From an uncultured Alphaproteobacteria bacterium (GTDB lineage Bacteria; Pseudomonadota; Alphaproteobacteria; CAAHEQ01; UBA3637): 55,023 nucleotides of DNA. Positions 18,681 to 28,244 of the stretch are shown in pieces. The stretch spans positions 1 to 55,023 of the forward strand of contig CASDQF010000034.1 in assembly GCA_949282845.1 (NCBI GenBank), given 5' to 3'. The notes under the pieces were generated by a model that made no database searches, had not been told where the DNA came from, and saw nothing but the letters and a program-made list of their open reading frames with translations. The translations under genes were made by a program, and so were the position numbers. The first letter of the stretch is position 1. The number at the start of each line of letters is the position of its first letter.

Positions 18681-21398
18681 TTAAAAATAAAATACCCCTT
18701 TTAAATATCCCATATACTCTTGATAATCCTTTCTAAAACCAGCTTTAATGTTTAACAATATTTCTACCCTATTATCAATATCCATAACAAAACCCGTTGA
18801 AAATTCCTGTTCCAAACGCGGCAGACGCTCTGCACTAACAGTATAAGTAATATCATCTGGTAATTGAACTAAAGCATTATCTTTACTTGAAAACAAATCA
18901 TAACTCATTCCTACTTCAAAAAACGGCCGAAAATCCATATTTGCGTTAATAGGCTGTACCATTTCAAAATTCAGTTTTGCATAAGGTGTCATAAAATATA
19001 ATTTTTTCCCTCGTAAAGTTTGTTCAATGCTATCTTGTCCAGACTTACGATAAACCATTGCATACTGTAATCCTACTTGTGGAATAATATCAAAAGAATC
19101 AAAATTTAATCTGTAGCTTATATCTGATTGCATCCCGATTGTTTCTAAAGAGATTTTATTATTAACAAGATATCCAACAACATTTTTTACCTCTTTCATG
19201 CGACTATAAAAATAAGATAATTTACCTTGCCAAAGCCAAGGAGAAAAATCATATGTGGCATACAAACCAACTCCATGTGTCGGAACTCGAATGCTCCTAA
19301 AAATATTTTTTATCCTATCTTCCCTATATAAATAAGCCAATCCGAAAGTTAAATCTTTTTTTATATATTCTCCACCGATACTAATACCTCTTCCGTTTAA
19401 ATGAGTAGATGTATAAGAACTCGTTTTTTGGAGCCGTTGCATATTCATCATACTCGATACCCATAAAACACTATTCCCTAATTGATAACTCTTACGATTT
19501 TCTAAAGCAGATTCGGAAGCATTATCTAATTGATCTAGGAAATTATAACTTAACATTTGAATTAATGGAGCTGAAGAAGGAGCAATGGCTGTCAAAGCAT
19601 GGACAAAATTATAACTGTTATTTTGCGCCAATGTATCTAATTCTACATACATATCATGAGCCGGGCCTATTTCTTCCGGATCCGTTTGCCACGCATTTGC
19701 CGTATTTATATTATTTACATCACCTCCTGCTTGATTAACAATATCCACATAATTGGCCACCTTACTAATTTCATACCAACCATTTCCTAACGATATAAAT
19801 TCATATAAATTATTATCAATAACCGGATAAAATAAATCATTAAAATTTTGACTACTTTGAATAAGCGGTAATTGTAATTTCTTTTCCGTACCTAAGGCAT
19901 CCGGTTGCAATAAAGCGGAAAGTATAGCTCCGTCATCGATTGTTACCGTCTCAGCTTTAAGACTACCATAAGAAGAGGCGCTTTGTATCGTTAAAGACAA
20001 TTTTGAACCTGATTGAAAAATAGCATTTTGAACAACCGCTTGTGTTGCTCCTATATCCAAAGTCCCATCTTCAACTGTTAAATCTGTCGCATTAAAAAAA
20101 TGTCCATTATCACTAACTTGAACTATACCATTTTGGATTTCTATAGAACCTGTATACCCACTCATATCTTCATTCAAAACAATCGCCCCATTTCGCGGGA
20201 CATTTGCATTCTCTATATTATAATCAGGATTAACAATAATTTGACCACTTCCCTGTATTTTATCATTAAAAATAACAGAGTATTCTCCAGCATTTAAATA
20301 TACTGTCCCATTTGTATAAAGAGCATTAGACACATTATTCGCTGTATTGCCTGTAAAAATAACATCTTTATTCCAAGCTACGATATTTAATGTCCCCATA
20401 TTAAATATGGCACCACCTTCTGCTGCACTATTATCTATAAAGCTACTATCAAAAATATATGCAACATCATTATTAAAGAGCGCACCACCATCTAATATAG
20501 CTGTATTATTTGTAAACGTACTATCCTTAATCAGCAAATACATATCATCACCCAACATGCCGACATTTCCAACAGCACCACCATCCCAACCACTGTTATT
20601 CGTAAAAATTCCTTCCGTTATTTCCATTTGCCCACTGTTATATACTGCTCCAATATCACTACTACTGACATTTTTTTCAAAAATAACATTCGTTAAAGAT
20701 GCTTGATTACTACTGTAAACCGCACTACCACTCCCGGAGGTATTTGATGTAAAAACAGAATCTTCTATTAATACTGTGCCGTCATTAAATATTGCACCTC
20801 CATAACGATAAGAGCTATTTGTATCAAAATAGCTATTTAAAATTTTTGTATCAGTTTGATTATCATTCGAAACAGCACCTCCAGAATCTCGAGCTGCCTG
20901 ATTATTTTGAAAAGCACTATTTGTAATTGTTAATAAACTTCCCGATGTTTGATTGATAACACCGCCTCGTCGACTTGAAATATTTCCACTAAATGCTGTA
21001 TCAGTTATTGTTAAATTACCCCCTTGATTCTGAATTACGCTTCCATTCATAACACCTCGAAAAGAATTATATGAATTCAATATCGATAATTCTAAATCAG
21101 ATACGGAAAAATCACCTCCATTTAAAAATGATAATGCCTGCCCTGAATTCAAAATAAATCCAACATAGTTATTACCATTAAAATTAAAACCACTCCCATT
21201 AATTTCTGTTACTTCTGAACCCGGCTGATAAAGATTTCCTGTTGCCATTACATCTTCTGTCAGAACTAAACTATTCTGTGGCGTTACATTTTGCTTGTAT
21301 TGATTATAAAATGATGTGTAATCTGTAACATCCTCTGCCACTGCCGAACAAGCAGTAGTTAAAATAACACAAAAAAGACCTATTTTGAAAAACTTCAA
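18681..21398 (-). CDS. Autotransporter with Pmp-like GGA(I/V/L) and FxxN repeats
   Basis: Repeated GGAI/GGAV and FxxN motifs; beta-barrel ending YF. Likely TTG start at 21398 after AGAGGGG. Confidence 0.85.
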   Translation of the reverse strand: MKFFKIGLFCVILTTACSAVAEDVTDYTSFYNQYKQNVTPQNSLVLTEDVMATGNLYQPGSEVTEINGSGFNFNGNNYVGFILNSGQALSFLNGGDFSVSDLELSILNSYNSFRGVMNGSVIQNQGGNLTITDTAFSGNISSRRGGVINQTSGSLLTITNSAFQNNQAARDSGGAVSNDNQTDTKILNSYFDTNSSYRYGGAIFNDGTVLIEDSVFTSNTSGSGSAVYSSNQASLTNVIFEKNVSSSDIGAVYNSGQMEITEGIFTNNSGWDGGAVGNVGMLGDDMYLLIKDSTFTNNTAILDGGALFNNDVAYIFDSSFIDNSAAEGGAIFNMGTLNIVAWNKDVIFTGNTANNVSNALYTNGTVYLNAGEYSVIFNDKIQGSGQIIVNPDYNIENANVPRNGAIVLNEDMSGYTGSIEIQNGIVQVSDNGHFFNATDLTVEDGTLDIGATQAVVQNAIFQSGSKLSLTIQSASSYGSLKAETVTIDDGAILSALLQPDALGTEKKLQLPLIQSSQNFNDLFYPVIDNNLYEFISLGNGWYEISKVANYVDIVNQAGGDVNNINTANAWQTDPEEIGPAHDMYVELDTLAQNNSYNFVHALTAIAPSSAPLIQMLSYNFLDQLDNASESALENRKSYQLGNSVLWVSSMMNMQRLQKTSSYTSTHLNGRGISIGGEYIKKDLTFGLAYLYREDRIKNIFRSIRVPTHGVGLYATYDFSPWLWQGKLSYFYSRMKEVKNVVGYLVNNKISLETIGMQSDISYRLNFDSFDIIPQVGLQYAMVYRKSGQDSIEQTLRGKKLYFMTPYAKLNFEMVQPINANMDFRPFFEVGMSYDLFSSKDNALVQLPDDITYTVSAERLPRLEQEFSTGFVMDIDNRVEILLNIKAGFRKDYQEYMGYLKGVFYF

Positions 21399-21583
21399 AA
21401 TTTCCCCTCTTATCCCTGTTTCACTATATCGGTATTGAAAATTCAAAAATCAAGATATCCTGTATCAGAAAATTAATTACATCAATAATAGATTAAAATA
21501 AAAGTTCTTATTGCTTTTATTGTCTTTTATTCGAAGTGAACTAGTTATGCTGATTGATAATATTAATAAAATGGTTAACGGTG

Positions 21584-22363
21584 TTAGATAAAAGGTTTAG
21601 GCGAATATTTTTCTAAATATAAAATTAATCCGAGGAGCAGATACAGACTATTATCGGCTATATCATTATGGATAGAATTACTTTGTAAATCATCATCTCC
21701 TTCAGAAAATACTCCGGGTGTCATCATATTACCATGCTTGAAATCACAGTATTTTTTGTAGTATCTATCCATTTCTTCGCTTGCTTCGTAAATTTTAAGC
21801 TTTTCGCAAAAAAAGTTGATATAACAGTTGATAGGCAATTCTTTAAATGATTTTTTTAATAATGAAATCTTCTCTTTATTTTCTCCTAATCGGTAATTGA
21901 TGGATTTTATAACATTTTCATATGTTTCTTGTTTGTTACTAAATATAGAATTTCCGACAGGATAAAATATTTTAAGTAAATTAACAAAATTCATCCAAGA
22001 TATTTCGTTGGAAAGATCTTTATCTAAGTCTAGATTATACTTTAATCGACTTAAGGTTATGCTAGCTAGATATTTATTATAATATTCTTTGGATTGTTCT
22101 AGATTATCTCTATCTTTAATAAAACTTAATTTTGCACAAGTTTCTAGAGCCACACCAGCTATTATAAAAGCATCACAATATTGTTTGTTTTCAAATAGAA
22201 TAGTAAAAGATTTAATATTTTCACACACACGATTATATAATCCCCAAGTAACTCCACAGATTAAATCTTCATTTTCTATGAATTTAGGTTTGGGATATGG
22301 CTTAAAATTTTTAATAATATTTAAGCGTTCTTGAAATGGCCATGGGTAGATAGCTGTATTCAT
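21584..22363 (-). CDS. Hypothetical protein, DUF5677/HEPN-like pattern
   Basis: Very AT-rich; ALE…LSFI and YxxYCxxxH motifs. Start MNTAI after AAAGGA. Confidence 0.6.
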   Translation of the reverse strand: MNTAIYPWPFQERLNIIKNFKPYPKPKFIENEDLICGVTWGLYNRVCENIKSFTILFENKQYCDAFIIAGVALETCAKLSFIKDRDNLEQSKEYYNKYLASITLSRLKYNLDLDKDLSNEISWMNFVNLLKIFYPVGNSIFSNKQETYENVIKSINYRLGENKEKISLLKKSFKELPINCYINFFCEKLKIYEASEEMDRYYKKYCDFKHGNMMTPGVFSEGDDDLQSNSIHNDIADNSLYLLLGLILYLEKYSPKPFI

Positions 22364-22771
22364 ATTTTTTCCTTTCTTTCTTAAGCTATATTTAAAATTG
22401 AATATGTGCAATAAAATTTAACTTAATGCCCTAAGTGATTATATATTAAAAAAGACAAGGATTTTGACATCCTTGCCTCTCTAGATGTCTGTGCTATACA
22501 GTTTTCAAACTCCAAAATTATATTGTCGTGTTATTTATTAAATTGGAGCGGTAAAAATTTGGCTTGTGCGTAAGTTTTTGATATATCAACCTCAACTCAT
22601 TGATGGCGATAAGTTAAAAACAATATCGAGTCTGAGGAATGGAGTCTTTCAGATAAGATACGAAATTGATTAAAATCCCGTAAGCTATTGAAATAGAAAA
22701 ATTGGTAATAAAAAATTCGTGTGTTGCACAAAAATGCTTATTTTGACTTTTAAACATCCAATTTGATATAT

Positions 22772-22797
22772 AAAAAAACCGCCATTTCTGACGGTTT
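22772..22797 (-). terminator. Terminator after panE
   Basis: AAACCG…CGGTTT stem with T-run on the minus strand. Confidence 0.55.
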
Positions 22798-22836
22798 GTA
22801 TTCTGTGACAGGATATATAAAACAATCCACAGATTT

Positions 22837-23774
22837 TTAACTTCTTAAGTTTTTGTTATAAACATCTGCATCTTCTATTGCATGAACTAAATCAGTTATC
22901 ATTTCATTATACGGCGTTTTCAAGTTATAAATTTTTGCCAAATTAACCACAGCTCCATTAATTGCATCTATTTCAGTTCTAGAATTTTTCTTTCTGTCTT
23001 GTGTCATTAAGAATATCCCATTTTATGGGCAGCAGCAATTTTTATTACATTTTCAAACTCTTTTTTTCCATCAAAATCACATCCATTAGCTTTTGCTACC
23101 TGAGCCGCTTCCAATATAATTTTTTCAATAATATTCAAAGCATACTCATTCTGTCCTATAAATCCCATAGGAGTAAGCGTTATATAAGTAAAAGCATTAA
23201 TAGCCAGATTTATAAATAATTTTTTCCAAATCAAATAATGAATATTATCAACAATCTCACAACTCAAGCCTGATACTTCAAATAAATGATAAATTTTTTG
23301 CAAATCTTCTGCACTAACATTTTTCCCGCCAATAGAAGTAATCCCTTCTCCACTATGAAATACTTTCCCTTCTTCGAGCAAAACAGAATTATGATTAGTT
23401 GTCCCCAAAACGATCTTAGTATCTTTTGCATATTCTGCCAAAATTTCATAATTTCCCAAGCCGTTTTGCAACGTCAAAACCAATGTTTTTTCACCAATTA
23501 AAAATTGATTTTGCTGTAAAGCCTCTTTTGTTGCAATTGTTTTAACCAAAATAACCACAACATCGACCTGTTGCTTATATGTACCGGAAACAAATGCTTT
23601 CACGTTTTTATACTGATATAGTTTATCATCAGTTGCTTTCAAAATCAAACCATAATCATTAATAACATCCGCTTCTGATTGTTTATGCGCAATCATTATC
23701 ACTTCATTCTCTTGACTAAATTTAGCACCGAATAAACAACCTAGTGCACCTGCACCAATAACAGCGACCTTCAT
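22837..23774 (-). pseudogene. panE: Ketopantoate reductase with a 1-nt frameshift
   Basis: GAGALG, LQNGLG and WKKL in the annotated frame, which stops at 23007. The conserved MTQD…RTEIDAINGAV…TPYN continues in the shifted frame to TAA at 22839-22837. Confidence 0.85.
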
Positions 23775-24111
23775 AAATAATCTCCAAAATTCAAATTTAA
23801 TTTAAAAAACAAAATATCTATAAAATAAAAAATTTTTATTGTAAATATAAATAAGTAATCTCATAAAATCATAATACATTAAACAAGAGACCATAAAGCA
23901 TACTTTTTTCAAGCTTTCCTTATTAATTACCCTATTAGGTAGCATTCAAACAACCTCTACACATAAAAAACCTTTAAACCCATTATCAATTTATTGAAAA
24001 GCAATAAAACTTGAAAATATAGGGTCGTTTAATTTCCCCCAAAAACTAAATTTATCAACCAGATATGGACTAGATTAACTTGTAAAACATATCAAAGCGT
24101 CTTTTCCAGAT

Positions 24112-24244
24112 TGGCTGGGGTAGCTGGATTGTAAACCTTGCGGTTTATCCCTCGCTTCTCTCGGGACCGTCCTTCGGACGTCTACTCCGCTACCGCTCCG
24201 TGAACGAACCAACGTCATTCGTTGACTCTCATCCCCTCAGCCCA
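24112..24244. repeat. tRNA-Gln-derived structured element (tRNA-linked-repeat/RtT-like)
   Basis: TGGCTGGGGTAGCTGGATT (24112-24130) and CGAACCAACG (24205-24214) match the tRNA-Gln(TTG) 3' half and are separated by a 74-nt hairpin-rich insert. Confidence 0.75.
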
Positions 24245-24248
24245 TATT

Positions 24249-24283
24249 AAAAAAAGCGCCTGCTTCTTGCAGACGCTCCTTTT
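24249..24283 (-). terminator. Terminator-like hairpin after a degenerate tRNA 3' end
   Basis: AGCGCCTGC/GCAGACGCT stem flanked by A and T runs. Confidence 0.6.
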
Positions 24284-24390
24284 TGGCTGGAGAGGTCTGG
24301 TAATACACGGACTTTCAAACAGTACTTTTTGCTTGTAATAAGAAAAAACATCAGATATGATATAGTATATTGTTTTAAAAAAGGATAAAA

Positions 24391-25050
24391 ATGAAAAAAA
24401 TTTTTTATATTCTGATTTTGCTTTTTCTTGTGGTTTCTTTTGCTGACGCAAAAACAGTTGTTAATCAGAAAAAATCTAAATGGGACTATTTAGAAAATGA
24501 AATAAGTTGTGATTATGATAATGTTTGTTTTGACAAAAAAAATAAAAAGATAACTGGAAAAGTTAAGCAAAACATGTTCGATTATTATGCAATAACATCT
24601 TACGTAAATGGCGTTGAAAATGGGGATATTAAGTTTTATACCCAGTCGAATAAATTTATCGCTGGCGCCAAAATAAAAGATGGAAGACCTGCCGATATTC
24701 CTCTAGATAATGAAGCCTTTCGAAATATGATGACAGAGGTTGCTGAAGAAAAACATAATGTTTTAGCGTTGGCGGTTTATTTAGATGATTGCATTTCAGC
24801 TTATCGCCGTCAGAATACAGATAAGGAAAACTTTTGCCAAGAATTGCTAAAAGGTACTAAAGTTCCTGAAATAAGTAATGGAAAAAATTTTTTAGTGAAA
24901 AGAACTGCTTTTGACGGAAAAAAATATATATCTGTTGAAATGCCTCCTTTTCATAAAAAGTATATTTCCGAATTTCAGAAAAAAACAGCTCCAAATATAA
25001 CAAAAAAGAATAAAAAGGGGAATTTTGTTTATCTGGTGGAATATTTTTAA
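24391..25050 (+). CDS. Hypothetical exported protein with a partial MORN-variant repeat
   Basis: Signal peptide ending ADA; YVNGVENGDIKFY; AAGGA RBS. Confidence 0.75.
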   Translation: MKKIFYILILLFLVVSFADAKTVVNQKKSKWDYLENEISCDYDNVCFDKKNKKITGKVKQNMFDYYAITSYVNGVENGDIKFYTQSNKFIAGAKIKDGRPADIPLDNEAFRNMMTEVAEEKHNVLALAVYLDDCISAYRRQNTDKENFCQELLKGTKVPEISNGKNFLVKRTAFDGKKYISVEMPPFHKKYISEFQKKTAPNITKKNKKGNFVYLVEYF

Positions 25051-25238
25051 TATTATTTTGATTTTTCGATAGTTAAATTTATCTTTATTCAGCTTTTGGG
25101 GATAAAATTGAGGTATTCCAAAGCAAGATTATTGTAAAATAAGGATATTTTGATGTTGCTGGTCCGTGTGAGGTAAAAATTTGAGCGTTTTTAAACACTT
25201 GCACACGGACTGTCATAATTGCTTGCAAACAAAAGAAA

Positions 25239-25260
25239 AAGTCGCCAAAAATAGCGACTT
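25239..25260 (-). terminator. Terminator after tRNA-Gln(TTG)
   Basis: AAGTCGC/GCGACTT stem with T-run on the minus strand. Confidence 0.7.
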
Positions 25261-25268
25261 GTTTGTTT

Positions 25269-25343
25269 TGGCTGGGGTGGCTGGATTCGAACCAACGAAT
25301 GACGGGATCAAAACCCGTTGCCTTACCACTTGGCGACACCCCA
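25269..25343 (-). tRNA. tRNA-Gln(TTG)
   Basis: TGGGGTGTCGCCAAGTGGTAAGGCAACGGGTT-TTG-ATCCCGTCATTCGTTGGTTCGAATCCAGCCACCCCAGCCA. Confidence 0.96.
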
Positions 25344-25518
25344 ATAAATGAATTGATCTTGTTTATACATTATTTCTTTTGAATTTGCAACTTTTTTTTA
25401 TTAAAACATTTTACACTTCAAAATCAATACGTCTTTTTGCTTCATTTTTACATTTTAACTTGTAATTCTACTCAAAGACAAATAATATATTTATCAACTG
25501 ACACGAAAGGTCAATTGT

Positions 25519-26595
25519 ATGCAAAACTTATATCTCTTTTTATGCTTTATAGGAATAAGCTTTTTAATCTATCCCCTCCCTTGTAACGCACAAAATGATA
25601 CTACAGAAATGGAATTCAGTACAACAATACTCGAAATAAATGAGTTTGATTTAAATAATCCCTCATATCCAATATATAATGAAGATGGAAAACTGATCGT
25701 CAAAGGTCAGGTATTTAGCGGTCTTTTAAAACAATATGATAAAACAGGTCAATTGAAAACAGAAACTATCTATCAAAACGGACGAAGAGAAGGCATTCAA
25801 AAAACCTATTATAGTGCCGGGAAAACTTGGAAAGAAGAATTATATCAAAATGACCAACAAATAGGTCTGACAACTTATTATAACTACCACGGAAAGCTAG
25901 AAGGTCTGGTTCAACTTTTTGATGAAAGCAGACAACAAAAGATAGAAGCCTTTTTCAAAAACGGTTTATTAGATGGAGTAGAAAAAAGATATGATATAAA
26001 TGATAATCTCTTGTTCGAAAAATATCATAAAAATGGCCGACAAGATGGACCTTTTCGCACTTACTATACAAATGGTCTGCTGGCCACAGAAAGCTTTTTT
26101 GAAAATGGTCGAAAAGAAGGACTATGGAAATACTATTATGAAAATGGCTATTTAAAAAAAGAAATTACCTATCTTAATGATCAACCTGATGGCTTAGTTA
26201 AAACATATTATGAGAATGGTCAACTGTTTTCAGAAAACTATTATAAAAATGGTTCACGAGAAGGGACAAGTAAAATATACCATAAAAATGGAAGATTAAA
26301 AGCAGAAGGAAATTATAAAAATAACAAAGCAGATACTTCCTGGAAGTTTTATGATGAAGATGAAAACTTAAAATTAGAACTAACTTTTAAAGAAAGTATT
26401 TTAAATGGAAGAGCCTTTATTTTTAATTCAGACAGAACGCCTAAAATAGAAGTTTTTTTTAGGAATAATGAACCCATTATCGGATACAGATATACCCAAT
26501 TGGACAAAAAAGACCTTTCAAAAAAAGAACTATCTTTTATAAAAAATGCACTTATAAAAATATTGCCTAATATTGAAGAAGAAAGGATACCCTGA
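25519..26595 (+). CDS. Exported MORN-variant repeat protein (YwqK-like)
   Basis: Many YKNGxxEGxxKxYYENGxL repeats; signal-peptide-like N-terminus. Confidence 0.85.
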   Translation: MQNLYLFLCFIGISFLIYPLPCNAQNDTTEMEFSTTILEINEFDLNNPSYPIYNEDGKLIVKGQVFSGLLKQYDKTGQLKTETIYQNGRREGIQKTYYSAGKTWKEELYQNDQQIGLTTYYNYHGKLEGLVQLFDESRQQKIEAFFKNGLLDGVEKRYDINDNLLFEKYHKNGRQDGPFRTYYTNGLLATESFFENGRKEGLWKYYYENGYLKKEITYLNDQPDGLVKTYYENGQLFSENYYKNGSREGTSKIYHKNGRLKAEGNYKNNKADTSWKFYDEDENLKLELTFKESILNGRAFIFNSDRTPKIEVFFRNNEPIIGYRYTQLDKKDLSKKELSFIKNALIKILPNIEEERIP

Positions 26596-26670
26596 CACAG
26601 GTTCTGACAGAAGAATTTCATAAAATATATTTTCTATCGTACAAAGCAAACAATTTCAAAGGAGGATAAA

Positions 26671-28116
26671 ATGTTAAATAAATGGTCTTTTATATTATTC
26701 ACAAGCTTGTTTTTAATAGGAATATCTCATCACGGTCTAGCCACAACAGCTTCCTTGCCCATTCAAGATGGTAAATTAAACGGAACTACTCAACTCCTTT
26801 CTGGTTCAACGATTAGTTTCCATGAAGATAATACTTTCTCTAGTAGTCTTGGCATTAAGGGCCGCGTTTTATGTTCAGTCGAACAAATGCAAAAAGCTTT
26901 TGAACAAACAGATGAAAAAACACAAGCTATAGAATTTTTAAAATGTGCAGAAGTAACGAATATTAATCTGAAAAATAAAAATCTGGATTCTCTCACCTTC
27001 AAAGGTAGTTTTCATTATCCAAACATTACGCAGCCCTCTGAACTACATCTAATCGTAAAAGATAGTTTCATAAAAGAACAGCTCACGATGTTGAAGCAAA
27101 AAATTCCTTCAAAAATGGACAACTATTTACAACAATACTCCCTCATTAAAGAGATTATCATTAGTTTCACACCAAACAATAAACAGACCATTCAGTTCAA
27201 TAATTTATCAGGGAAAACAGTAACTCAGATGGCATTTCAAGACATGAATTTTGTTCCAGTTTTAGTAGCTATTTTTCTTTCGGATAATGAAGCGAACAAT
27301 TTTCTTGAGAGTACGAACACATTTTTTAAGATGCTAAAAGACATGAAAATTACTCACTTAGAACTAACGGCTCCGCAAGGCAAAAAAAATGTTTTATTTA
27401 ATGGCAGTTTCCAACCGATGGCTTTTTATGCGACAAACGGATCTGAACTAAAGCTTTATAACCAAGATGAAAAGGTAATTTTGTCCATTGAACGTTTAGA
27501 TGAGAAAACAAATGTAACCTTGTATTATCCGAAATCGGCAAAAGAACTATTCTCTTTTACAATTGATACAGAAAATTCTGTATTTGATAACTTTGCTAAA
27601 AGTCTACCCTCGATACAAACTGAAGAACAATACAAACAATTGATGTCCATGATGATTTTAGCTTTCTTGTCTGAAACCTTTAAGCTCCATGATGTAAAAT
27701 GGCTTAATAAAGATGGTAAAGCACTATTACAAGCAGACACATTAACACTTCAACCGATGACTATGCCTAACGCCATCAAAGGCATAGTGAAATTGACGGA
27801 TAATGCCGACGGCTATGACTTTTTTGTGTTGAATGGATTAAATCAAATTCAATATCAAAATGCAAAAAATGAAATGCGCACGATTACAATACAAGAAATG
27901 GCTGAACGGATAAAAAATACCTGGGGAGATAAACAAACCGCTCTTAAGGCTCTTTTTGAAGAGATTAATAGCCTGCCCACAGACGCTTACATTTCTACCT
28001 CGTTCTACAAAGGTATTTTAGAGGGATATCAGGCAGCAATGGGGCGCTACCTTTTACAAAAGGAATTTGAAGAATTATCCAACAACTTTGGTTCATTTGC
28101 AGAAACAAATGAGTGA
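26671..28116 (+). CDS. Hypothetical exported protein
   Basis: 481-aa ORF, AGGAGG RBS, signal peptide; no family recognised. Confidence 0.75.
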   Translation: MLNKWSFILFTSLFLIGISHHGLATTASLPIQDGKLNGTTQLLSGSTISFHEDNTFSSSLGIKGRVLCSVEQMQKAFEQTDEKTQAIEFLKCAEVTNINLKNKNLDSLTFKGSFHYPNITQPSELHLIVKDSFIKEQLTMLKQKIPSKMDNYLQQYSLIKEIIISFTPNNKQTIQFNNLSGKTVTQMAFQDMNFVPVLVAIFLSDNEANNFLESTNTFFKMLKDMKITHLELTAPQGKKNVLFNGSFQPMAFYATNGSELKLYNQDEKVILSIERLDEKTNVTLYYPKSAKELFSFTIDTENSVFDNFAKSLPSIQTEEQYKQLMSMMILAFLSETFKLHDVKWLNKDGKALLQADTLTLQPMTMPNAIKGIVKLTDNADGYDFFVLNGLNQIQYQNAKNEMRTITIQEMAERIKNTWGDKQTALKALFEEINSLPTDAYISTSFYKGILEGYQAAMGRYLLQKEFEELSNNFGSFAETNE

Positions 28117-28167
28117 GTTGAAATAGAAAAAACTACTCTACTTGAAGTAATTAGAGAGAAATAGACT

Positions 28168-28244
28168 TGGCGCGCTTGGCGGGATTCGAACCCACGACCC
28201 TTGCCTTCGGAGGGCAATACTCTATCCAGCTGAGCTACAAGCGC
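28168..28244 (-). tRNA. tRNA-Arg(CCG)
   Basis: GCGCTTGTAGCTCAGCTGGATAGAGTATTGCCCT-CCG-AAGGCAAGGGTCGTGGGTTCGAATCCCGCCAAGCGCGCCA. Confidence 0.96.

Larger units (their letters stand above)
24284..25284. mobile_element. Putative one-gene islet at tRNA-Gln(TTG), no integrase
   Basis: Imperfect direct repeat TGGCTGGAGAGGTCTGG versus TGGCTGGGGTGGCTGG (tRNA 3' end); ACACGGAC motif near both ends. Confidence 0.5.

Noticed and set aside
21480-21590. Integron attC site (ATCTAAC overlapping the stop of 21584..22363)
   Set aside because: No complementary GTTAGAT core site or attC hairpin downstream, and no integrase.
23007-23009. Stop-codon readthrough or alternative genetic code in panE
   Set aside because: The continuation is in a different frame, and TAA, TGA and TAG all end other genes normally.
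24112-24244. Intron-containing functional tRNA
   Set aside because: No D arm or anticodon arm; only 3'-half sequences are present.
24215-24451. 78-aa ORF on the minus strand
   Set aside because: Antisense to a real gene start and runs through the terminator and tRNA-derived element.
25085-25339. 84-aa ORF on the minus strand
   Set aside because: Spurious translation through tRNA-Gln and its terminator.
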